From Lysobacterales bacterium (GTDB lineage: Bacteria; Pseudomonadota; Gammaproteobacteria; Xanthomonadales; Rhodanobacteraceae), in NCBI GenBank assembly GCA_038234445.1, contig JBBQTY010000001.1:1-56588 (forward strand): a stretch of DNA of 56,588 nucleotides. The letters run 5' to 3'. Under the pieces are notes generated by a model that made no database searches, was not told the DNA's origin, and worked only from the letters and a program-made list of their open reading frames with translations. A program made the translations under genes and the position numbers. Below, piece after piece: positions 47,192 to 55,168 of the stretch. Every line of letters begins with the position of its first letter. Positions within the stretch are counted from its first letter, which is position 1.

Positions 47192-48918
47192 TGACCTTCC
47201 TCTTCTGCCTGCAAATGCAGCTTGGCTGCGCGGACGTTTTCTGCTTGATTGGCATCAGTAGACAAGGTTGCGTTATCCAGCAAAGCCGCATCGACACCCT
47301 TCTCGCGAAGTCTATCGCGCAGCCAGTTCGCGCGCGCGCGCCGCAGCTCGGCGTTGTGCTGAGGACGGCCGCTTGCATCGTTGTAGCCTTCGATTCGAAG
47401 CTTCAATTTGACCTGCGCTTCGCCGGCCAGGGACGGCGCCTGCTTGAGCAGGCCAGCAACCCGTTCAAGCTCGGCGGCAGCCGTCGCGGTCGGTTCCGTA
47501 TTGTCGACGAAGCCAATCGCGGAGCCTGCGAGCGATGCGATCAGCGAGCGCAATTCGCTGGCGGCTCTGGCCTTGCCATCCACCTTCGGCTTGATCGGCT
47601 CGGCAACCTGCCAATCGACGCGATGGACTCCAGCAACCCACGCCGCCTGATCCTTGTGTTCGCCGATCCAGCTGGCTGCGGCGGTTCCGTCAATCTGAAG
47701 TACACCAGCGCTGACCGCCAATCGCACATCGGCGGGCGCTTCGAGCAGGCGCGCGGCGCGTTTGAGTACGATCGCGTCATCGGTGGACAAATAGCCATCC
47801 AATTCAAGCGTGGGTTTGATCTCGCCGAAATCCGCGGCGTCGATCAGTGGCTGGATCGGATCGGCTTCAGCATCGATGAGTCCATGGACGACCAAACGAC
47901 TCCACGGCCTGGATTCGATATCGGTCAGCAGGAATCCGGGATGGGCGACGAGTTGGCTACGCAACTCATCAACGTGCTGGTTCCAGCGTACTTTGTGCAG
48001 GAAGTGCCAGCCGAGGCCGAGCGCGATCGACAGGAAGATGAGCACCATCGGCCAGCGCGATGGTCGGCGACGTTCGCCAGCTGGCTCATCCGACATCGCG
48101 GCGCTCGCCGCAACCAACTCGATTGGATTGAGGCTGTTAGCCAGATTCAGGGATGTCGACGCCAGCGCAGAATCGGCGGACGAGGGCGATGCAGCGAGCT
48201 GCGAGTGGATCTGCTCAAGCCGATCGCTGAGGACAACACGCAATGAATCGGGCGGCACGCCCTGGATGAAGCAAGCCAGCGACGCGCGCGGCCCATCGAG
48301 CACCCACAGCAAGTGTTGCCCTACCCGCGCCGCCTCAAGCGAATCACCGCCATCGCGACCGACGGAATCGCGCACGAATTGACCAATCGCTGTAAGCATG
48401 CCTGCGATGGCATCGGCATCGAGATCAGGCAACCCTGGCGAAGATTCCCGATGCAGCACCAGACCCGAGTCGCGCTCAATCAGAAAGACATGATCGATCT
48501 GGTAACGCAGACTGTGCTTGAGGACAATCTGGGCGAATGGAATACCGCTGCGCCAGGCTTCAATGCGCCAGCGGATGCCACGCGGACTGAAGCCGTGTTC
48601 GAGCACCGTGTTCATATCGCTCATCAGCCCACGCAGCGCTTCGGCGATGGCCTTGCGGATGATCGGGCCGATCACCGGGAATAGCGCATCAACGATGCTC
48701 GCGCGATTCTCGTGGACGGCATTGCCGAGCGCCGCAGCTACCGGCGTCGCGAGCGCGCGACTCATGGGTTCGCGCGGTGCAGCGATCACCAAGTCCGGCA
48801 ACAAGGCAGCCAGCCGGCTGTTGAAGTTTTCGAGCTCGCTGATGCGCTGCTCGGCGAGCGCAAGCTTCGTGCGCTCCTCGTCGAGCAGCAATAGCCGGAG
48901 TCGGTCGAGGTCGCTCAT
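47188..48918 (-). CDS. Bitopic membrane protein with periplasmic BON-like and OmpA-like domains
   Basis: One TM (WPMVLIFLSIALGLGW); C-terminal IEGYNDASG...NAELRRARA (OmpA-like); large cytoplasmic N-part. Confidence 0.8.
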   Translation of the reverse strand: MSDLDRLRLLLLDEERTKLALAEQRISELENFNSRLAALLPDLVIAAPREPMSRALATPVAAALGNAVHENRASIVDALFPVIGPIIRKAIAEALRGLMSDMNTVLEHGFSPRGIRWRIEAWRSGIPFAQIVLKHSLRYQIDHVFLIERDSGLVLHRESSPGLPDLDADAIAGMLTAIGQFVRDSVGRDGGDSLEAARVGQHLLWVLDGPRASLACFIQGVPPDSLRVVLSDRLEQIHSQLAASPSSADSALASTSLNLANSLNPIELVAASAAMSDEPAGERRRPSRWPMVLIFLSIALGLGWHFLHKVRWNQHVDELRSQLVAHPGFLLTDIESRPWSRLVVHGLIDAEADPIQPLIDAADFGEIKPTLELDGYLSTDDAIVLKRAARLLEAPADVRLAVSAGVLQIDGTAAASWIGEHKDQAAWVAGVHRVDWQVAEPIKPKVDGKARAASELRSLIASLAGSAIGFVDNTEPTATAAAELERVAGLLKQAPSLAGEAQVKLKLRIEGYNDASGRPQHNAELRRARANWLRDRLREKGVDAALLDNATLSTDANQAENVRAAKLHLQAEEEGQ

Positions 48919-48939
48919 GCCAGCGAAGCCCGGCTACGC

Positions 48940-49596
48940 TCAGCGGGATGGCAGGTCGAAATCGCCTTTCAAGCGAAGCGAGAGCTCTGCGAGCAAGGCC
49001 GCAAGATCTTCTCGCCCAACTTTTTCCGCGCGCAACTCGGTGCTCGCACGCGCGACCGATGTCGCCGCTTCGCTGGCACGCTCGTTGAGGACCGTGGAGA
49101 GCTCGGCCAGCGCCTCGCGCAGACGTTCATCGACGGCCTTGAGCTCACCACCCAACCCGTCCATTGCGTTGTTGACCTCGGTGCGCGACGAGCGCGCTGC
49201 CTGCTGCACGCGCGATTCGAGATCATCAACTGCCTGGTTGCGATCACCGACTTCCTGGCGCAGCTGCCGTGAAAGTTTTTCGAACTGCTCGTCGACACGC
49301 TTGTCGATCTGCGCAAGTCGCTTGTCCTGGCTATCGCGCAGTCTCGTCATTTCGGCTTCGAGTCGCTCTCCCATTTCGAGGAAACGACGCTCGTAGTCGC
49401 GCATCTGGCCACCAAAAAGAATGTCGCGAATCTGATCGACATTGCGATCGGCGTCCACATCGGCGGCGGGTTTCTTGGGCTCGGACATCGGGCTTTTCCT
49501 TGCTTTCGCCGGAGATTTCGCGGCGGAAGCCGGCAGTCTATGCGAAGCGGATCGCGATCCGCTTGTTTTGCCTTTTGATTTGCCTTTGACTGCCAC
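48940..49596 (-). CDS. Coiled-coil protein (first gene of the GTPase operon; start uncertain, possibly MSEPKK)
   Basis: VDQIRDILFGGQMRDYERRF followed by a heptad-rich helix, ending REDLAALLAELSLRL. Confidence 0.78.
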   Translation of the reverse strand: MAVKGKSKGKTSGSRSASHRLPASAAKSPAKARKSPMSEPKKPAADVDADRNVDQIRDILFGGQMRDYERRFLEMGERLEAEMTRLRDSQDKRLAQIDKRVDEQFEKLSRQLRQEVGDRNQAVDDLESRVQQAARSSRTEVNNAMDGLGGELKAVDERLREALAELSTVLNERASEAATSVARASTELRAEKVGREDLAALLAELSLRLKGDFDLPSR

Positions 49597-49643
49597 GGAA
49601 ACCCCCTTTCACCCACAACCCTTGCGGCCGGAAAGGGCCGCGC

Positions 49644-50342
49644 TCAAGCCTGTTCCAGCCGATAGCCGTGCTGGTAAACGGCGGCGAGTCGCCAGCCGTA
49701 TTCGCCATTCAGATCAAGTTTCTTGCGCAAGCGACTGACATGGGTATCGACGGTTCTTGTGGATACCGAGGCATTCATGTTCCACACGTTTTCGAGCAGC
49801 GAATCGCGACTGACAATGCGCCCATGGCGACGGAACAGAAAAGTGGCCAGCTCGAACTCGCGCGGGGTCAGTTCGACATCCTTGCCTGCATAGGAAATCC
49901 GTCGCCGCCGGGTATCGACGCTATACGGCGCCAAGTCGTATTGGCCACTATCGACCCCTTCGATGCCGATGCGGCGCAGCAACGCGGCAACGCGCGCAAT
50001 CAGTTCGTGCTGCTTGGCTGGTTTGACGACGTAGTCGTCGGCTCCCGCATTGAGACCGCGCACCATATCCGCCTCGCTGGCGCGCGCGGTCAGGAAGATG
50101 ACCGGTAAGCCGGCATTGGCAGACGAGCGGATCCACTCGATGACATCCGGCCCGCTGGAATCGGGCAGATTCCAGTCGAGCAATAGCAAATCGATGGCTT
50201 CGGAGCCTTGGCGCCGACGAAACTCGGCCGCAGACTGGAATAGCCGCGTGCGATAGCCCGCAGCTTCCAGCCAGTTGAGGATCAGCCCGGATTGGTCAGG
50301 ATCGTCTTCAAGGAATCCAATCACAAGATCGGAGGTGGTCAT
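49644..50342 (-). CDS. OmpR-family DNA-binding response regulator
   Basis: LEDD, LLLDWNLP, GADDYVVKP, LTPREF, RTVDTHVSRLRKK, GYRL. Confidence 0.93.
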   Translation of the reverse strand: MTTSDLVIGFLEDDPDQSGLILNWLEAAGYRTRLFQSAAEFRRRQGSEAIDLLLLDWNLPDSSGPDVIEWIRSSANAGLPVIFLTARASEADMVRGLNAGADDYVVKPAKQHELIARVAALLRRIGIEGVDSGQYDLAPYSVDTRRRRISYAGKDVELTPREFELATFLFRRHGRIVSRDSLLENVWNMNASVSTRTVDTHVSRLRKKLDLNGEYGWRLAAVYQHGYRLEQA

Positions 50343-50393
50343 TCGACTGCTGCCTTCCTGGGTTGCGGGCCGCGGCATTCCCTCTGCCGAAGA

Positions 50394-50597
50394 TTATTCG
50401 ACGACGAAGGTAATCCGCAGATTGACGCGCCACTCCTTGATATTGCCGCTGCCGTCAGTCACCACCTTGGTTTCGTTGACCCAGGCACCCTGGATGTTCT
50501 TGACCGTTTCGGCGACTTTCTTCAATCCACTCTGCACAGCGTCTTCGATACTTTTGGTAGAAGAACTGCTGAATTCGATAACTTTCGCAACTGACAT
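50394..50597 (-). CDS. Dodecin family protein
   Basis: 67 aa; VAKVIE..SSS.KSIEDAV..G...TVKNI.GAWV...WRVNLRITF. Confidence 0.88.
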   Translation of the reverse strand: MSVAKVIEFSSSSTKSIEDAVQSGLKKVAETVKNIQGAWVNETKVVTDGSGNIKEWRVNLRITFVVE

Positions 50598-50664
50598 GGC
50601 GCTTTCCTTTTTCCACGAAATGGCAGGGGACTATAGCAAAGCGCGCCCCCCAGACAAGCAGCTT

Positions 50665-51171
50665 TCAAGCCGGCGTGGTTGCGGCTTCACGCGGTTTCAT
50701 CGGGAGGTAGCGCAACCAGACCAGAAATACGATCAAGGCATCCAGCACGATCAAGGCCTGCCACAGGTACTCATGAAACCACTTGAACCAGACCTCGCTC
50801 CAAAGGCCGAGATAGAACAAGCTGACAATACGCACCACGTTGAGGAGCTGAATCGCAAGGAAGCCGACGAGCAAACCGGTCAGCTTGTGCTTCCAGGGCG
50901 CCGGAAACGCCAGAATCGCCGAAACCAGAATGATCACCGCTTCGATTCCGTTGCAACCGCGTTCGATCGAGACCGTGAAGGTGCCGCTGGCGTTCTGGAT
51001 GAGCTTGCCATGAGACACGGTGCTGCCATCGAACAAGTGGATCACCCACGCGCTCACGTTGGCCAACACGGTGGTGAACGGAACAATGACATGCCGCTCA
51101 ACCGGTCCGGTCAGCTCGGCCACGAAAAGGACAATCAACAAGACCAGGAAAAGCAGGATGAATCGAAGCAT
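50665..51171 (-). CDS. xrtH: Exosortase H (IPTL-CTERM-associated family)
   Basis: Short multi-TM protein with the Cys-Arg-His triad in context VSIERGCNGIEA...LAFPAPWK...NVVRIVSLFYLG...FHEYLWQALI. Confidence 0.85.
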   Translation of the reverse strand: MLRFILLFLVLLIVLFVAELTGPVERHVIVPFTTVLANVSAWVIHLFDGSTVSHGKLIQNASGTFTVSIERGCNGIEAVIILVSAILAFPAPWKHKLTGLLVGFLAIQLLNVVRIVSLFYLGLWSEVWFKWFHEYLWQALIVLDALIVFLVWLRYLPMKPREAATTPA

Positions 51172-51503
51172 GTGCACAAAACCGTGAGACGTGAACCGCG
51201 AATTGTAGACCAACGAATCGCCTGTCCGAAGCCATTCCCGATCGATCGCGCGTGGTCACGGGTTTGCTCCGCCCAGGCATCGGGATCAGATCGAACGGCC
51301 TCACGGTCGCTGCGCCCAGTCACTTGAAAGTGTGAGGCAAGAGTCTTCTTTCGCTGGCGCAAAGCATTGCGAGAGGCCAATGCTTTCGTTTGTCCGAACG
51401 CTGGCAGAGGATCATTCGGGCATTGAGAACAAGCACCCGGATATTTCGCTACTCGCCCGACTTGCACTGCTCATCGCCAAGACCGGCCCGAAGCTTGACC
51501 CGC

Positions 51504-53972
51504 TCAGGGCGCGCACGCATAGCTCGTTGGCGTGTCGAAATCATGGGCGAACAGTGTGTCATCAACAAAACACGGTGAGATTTCCGAGGTGTTGCCGTCG
51601 GCATCTGTTGCCGTCGCGCCGAGCTGGCAGTGGGTATCGACGCCGCTGCCAGGACCTCGACCGATGCTCGAGGTGAAGTTTGCATTGCCGCCACCAATCG
51701 GCGCGATGACGGAACGCGCCCCCGCGCTGAGCACGACAGTCGCATCCGCACGGCCGGCATTTCCGCATTCGGCTGATGCAAAAATCTCCACACGCGTACT
51801 ACTGGACAGATAGAGACTACCGCCGACAAGACGCGCACCGTTGCGGTAGTGGATTGAGTTCAGCGTCGGAAAATTCTGCAACTGGTTCGGTCCGGTATCG
51901 CTGTCGGACGGATCGTTCGCGGTCGGGCCGTCTGCGCCGAGGTCGATGGCCAAACCGTAGTTGGCGCGAACGACATTGCCGCTGATGCGATTGCCGACGC
52001 CGGATTCGACCGATACGCCGCCATCGCCGTTGCTCGGGCCGCCTACACCATTCTCCCCATTGCCCACGATGAAGTTGCCGGCAATCTGACCCTGCGCGTC
52101 AACCCCGATCAAATTGCCGTTGGCATTCGCCGTAACGCGCACGCCCGCACCATAATTCTGCGCCGAATCGAGTCCCTGCAACGCGGGCAGACCGATCAGG
52201 TTGCGCGTCAGTGCATTGCCTTGCGGGTAACCCTGGAAAATGGGATTGCCCTGCAATTGCACACCCTCGTAGAGGTTCGCACCGATGACATTGCGATCGA
52301 GCAGATTGTTGGCGGAGGCGACGACCACACCGACCGCATTGCCGGAGGCGTGACTTCCATCTGGGGCCAGCCCGATATAGTTGTTGCGCACCTCGTGACC
52401 GCCGTTATTGCCGATCAGACCGACACCGTAAACGCTCGATGCGTCGAAGACATTGCGTTGCTGCGGATCGATGCCGCCGACGAACGAATCGCTGGAATCC
52501 TGCTGCAGGCGCACGCCGCGTGCGTTCGCCGACAAGCCGATTGTTCCGCTGCTACCGACCGCTATAGCACCGCCGAATTGATTGCCTTCGATCAGGTGTC
52601 CGTAGCCATCACTGATGTCGATTGCGGCGTCGCCGAAATTCGAAAACGCGAGTCCGCGAACAACGAGATGGCTGTTCGCATTGTTCGCAACCAGGCCGAC
52701 GCTGCCCGGGTAGTTGCCAGCGAGGATCACACACAGTCGTGCATTGCTTCCAACGCCCAACGTGTTGCCAACTGCCCCGCTTTGACTGTAACCGTCTAGC
52801 GTCAGGGTATCGATGATTGCCGGCAACGCCGAGGAAACGGTGATGATGCGCGGGCAACTGGATAAGGCAAAGACAACGCGCTGCGCATTCGGAGCGGCGG
52901 CCGCCGCTACCAGCGCGGCGCGCAGCGACCCCGTACCGGAATCAGCATTCGTGGTCACCGTGAGCGTGGCGGAATCGTCTGCGACGCTTTCATAGGCTCC
53001 GCGATCCGGCGCGGACCCGACCAGACGCGGACCACCGCCAAGATCGGTCGCACCGATGCCGCCCGGAAAATTGACCGTGCCACTGTTGATCACCGGCGAA
53101 CCCGGAATGATCGGCTGGTAGTTCGCATCGAGCTGTGGATTTGCTCCGCTGTTCGCACCCGAACCATTGACCAAGGCGACATTGTTGGCATTGGTCAGGC
53201 TCTGCCAATGATTGTGCGTAGCCAGCAGTTCGGGCGAGCTGTTGACGCGGATGCCGCCACCGGCATTGCCCCAGAACGCATTGTTGGCAAGAAAGATATG
53301 CAGGTTGTTGCCTGTGCCGGGCTCGTTGAAATACAGCCCGTAGCCATTGCGCACAAACTGGTCACTGCTGCCGATCGCCGCATTGAGAAACGTGCTGTTG
53401 CTGACCGTCCATGTGATCGGCGATGCATCGGTGCCATCAAAACTCTTGATTGCAAGGTTCCTGCGATCAAACACATCACTTTCCAAGACGACGGTGCCAC
53501 TCGACGAATCGACCTGCATGACATCGGCGCCATTGGATCCAGTAAACATGCTGTGGCGGATGCTGGTTGCGTCCGACGTCACCTGCTGAATGGGAACATG
53601 GTCGAAACGTATCCCATCCAGGCTCAGCGAACTGCTATTGGCGGTGAAGAATACAAAGTGGGTATTGTTGCCATCGATCACCGTGTTCAAAGCGTTGACC
53701 GCGCGCTGCGTACAAGCAGCGTTCCAACCTCCGGTCAGCGAAAATGAAACCCCGGTCGACGCGTAGTTGATCTGACTGCCGAGGAGATAGTTGCCTGTCG
53801 CGAGCTGAATCTCGTTGTCCTCGCCGTTGGCCTCGGCACTCAGGATCGCGTTTCCGAGCTCGTCCACCTCATGCACACAAATTGTGGCTGCTCTTGCAGT
53901 CGTTACGCCAGCCAAAATCAAACCCGCGGTGAAGACGGCGCCGAAAGACTTATAACAATGTAATTGTGTCAT
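51504..53972 (-). CDS. Secreted beta-helix protein with choice-of-anchor-Q-like motif and a second beta-helix region, 822 aa
   Basis: Signal ending ARA; Asn-ladder repeats; GSPVINSG...DLGGGPR..G..PDRGAYE; VTTNADSGTGSLRAAL; D.GPNQLQNFP; GNTSEIS. Ends DTLFAHDFDTPTSYACAP. Confidence 0.82.
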   Translation of the reverse strand: MTQLHCYKSFGAVFTAGLILAGVTTARAATICVHEVDELGNAILSAEANGEDNEIQLATGNYLLGSQINYASTGVSFSLTGGWNAACTQRAVNALNTVIDGNNTHFVFFTANSSSLSLDGIRFDHVPIQQVTSDATSIRHSMFTGSNGADVMQVDSSSGTVVLESDVFDRRNLAIKSFDGTDASPITWTVSNSTFLNAAIGSSDQFVRNGYGLYFNEPGTGNNLHIFLANNAFWGNAGGGIRVNSSPELLATHNHWQSLTNANNVALVNGSGANSGANPQLDANYQPIIPGSPVINSGTVNFPGGIGATDLGGGPRLVGSAPDRGAYESVADDSATLTVTTNADSGTGSLRAALVAAAAAPNAQRVVFALSSCPRIITVSSALPAIIDTLTLDGYSQSGAVGNTLGVGSNARLCVILAGNYPGSVGLVANNANSHLVVRGLAFSNFGDAAIDISDGYGHLIEGNQFGGAIAVGSSGTIGLSANARGVRLQQDSSDSFVGGIDPQQRNVFDASSVYGVGLIGNNGGHEVRNNYIGLAPDGSHASGNAVGVVVASANNLLDRNVIGANLYEGVQLQGNPIFQGYPQGNALTRNLIGLPALQGLDSAQNYGAGVRVTANANGNLIGVDAQGQIAGNFIVGNGENGVGGPSNGDGGVSVESGVGNRISGNVVRANYGLAIDLGADGPTANDPSDSDTGPNQLQNFPTLNSIHYRNGARLVGGSLYLSSSTRVEIFASAECGNAGRADATVVLSAGARSVIAPIGGGNANFTSSIGRGPGSGVDTHCQLGATATDADGNTSEISPCFVDDTLFAHDFDTPTSYACAP

Positions 53973-53997
53973 GGTGAGTTCCCGCTGCAACTGTGCA

Positions 53998-55053
53998 TCA
54001 GTCGAAACCATTGGCAAAAAGAGCGTCTTCCTCATAAGCACCGATATCTGCATGCGGGCCAATCATGCGCGGCTTGTCCTCAAGATCGAATGGACCGATC
54101 CCGCCAAGCGGCGTGTCATAGCCCGCATCGACCAGCGGCGAGGCACGTAGCAAATTAAAGTTGAGACACAGGAAGCCCGAACACGGCGCGAAGGCGGGAT
54201 CGACGCTCTGATTGTTGTGACTCGAAGCGTCGGGGGGAATGCCGGCGCTGGACCCGATATCGTTGTTGACCGCGGTGAATGCGCTGCCCGAGGACAGGTC
54301 AACCGTCCCGTTGGCGTTGTTGCTCCAGAGGATATTGTTGCTGAGCCAGAAATGTGCACCAGCATCGCCAGTGACGAGGACTCCGCCGATGTGGGTCACC
54401 GGCAAGGTCGAAGTTGCGGTGTTGCTGACGACGGTATTGCCAGTGAAATAGGCCGCGCTGTTGCTCGTGACGAGCATGGCCGCGCCAACGTCGAACGCTT
54501 CGTTGGCGAAGAGCAGACTGTTGCGCACGCTTACCACTCCGCTGGTTTCGACGTACATCGCGCCTGCGCTGTTGTTCGCGTGATTGAGCAGGAAGCGATT
54601 GGCTTCAAGGACAACATTGCCATTCGGCGTTGATACGCGCAGGCCACCGCCGCTGTCGGTGGTGGATTTGCCGTCGATGAACGTGATGTGCTGGATATTG
54701 ACGCTGGCCGCCGTCGAGTTGGAGCTGATGATGATGCGCATGATCTGGTATAGGCCGCTCCCGTCAAACGTCGTGCGCGCGGCGGTCCGTTGCTCACAGG
54801 TCGCATCGAAGCCTCCAAACATCGTGATGCTGTTGGCTTCATTCGAAACGTAGAAGAAGCCACCCGGAACGACCGTGTAGTTGCCGGCTTGGATATCGAT
54901 CTCGTCGCTCTGGCCGTTGCTCGCTGCAATATTCAGTGCGGCCTGCATGCTGGCCGCACTGTTGACGCAGAAAAACGCCGCGTGAGCCCCGAGTGGAACC
55001 ATTGCGACGAGCCACGCCAGTATTGGCATGATGCAATTGCGACGCTTGCGCAT
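53998..55053 (-). CDS. Secreted beta-helix protein with choice-of-anchor-Q-like motif, 351 aa
   Basis: ATG 55053 with GAGG RBS; signal ending AHA; SPLVDAG...DL...PR..G...DIGAYE. Ends DALFANGFD. Confidence 0.82.
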   Translation of the reverse strand: MRKRRNCIMPILAWLVAMVPLGAHAAFFCVNSAASMQAALNIAASNGQSDEIDIQAGNYTVVPGGFFYVSNEANSITMFGGFDATCEQRTAARTTFDGSGLYQIMRIIISSNSTAASVNIQHITFIDGKSTTDSGGGLRVSTPNGNVVLEANRFLLNHANNSAGAMYVETSGVVSVRNSLLFANEAFDVGAAMLVTSNSAAYFTGNTVVSNTATSTLPVTHIGGVLVTGDAGAHFWLSNNILWSNNANGTVDLSSGSAFTAVNNDIGSSAGIPPDASSHNNQSVDPAFAPCSGFLCLNFNLLRASPLVDAGYDTPLGGIGPFDLEDKPRMIGPHADIGAYEEDALFANGFD

Positions 55054-55168
55054 GATGGAATTTCCTCGTTGAGTGCGGGTAGTGCGCACGGCACTTGTCA
55101 AACGCAGTGCCCGCATCCTCGTAAAGACGGAAATCGGCACAAATTCGGCTCATTGCGTTTGGACGGAC

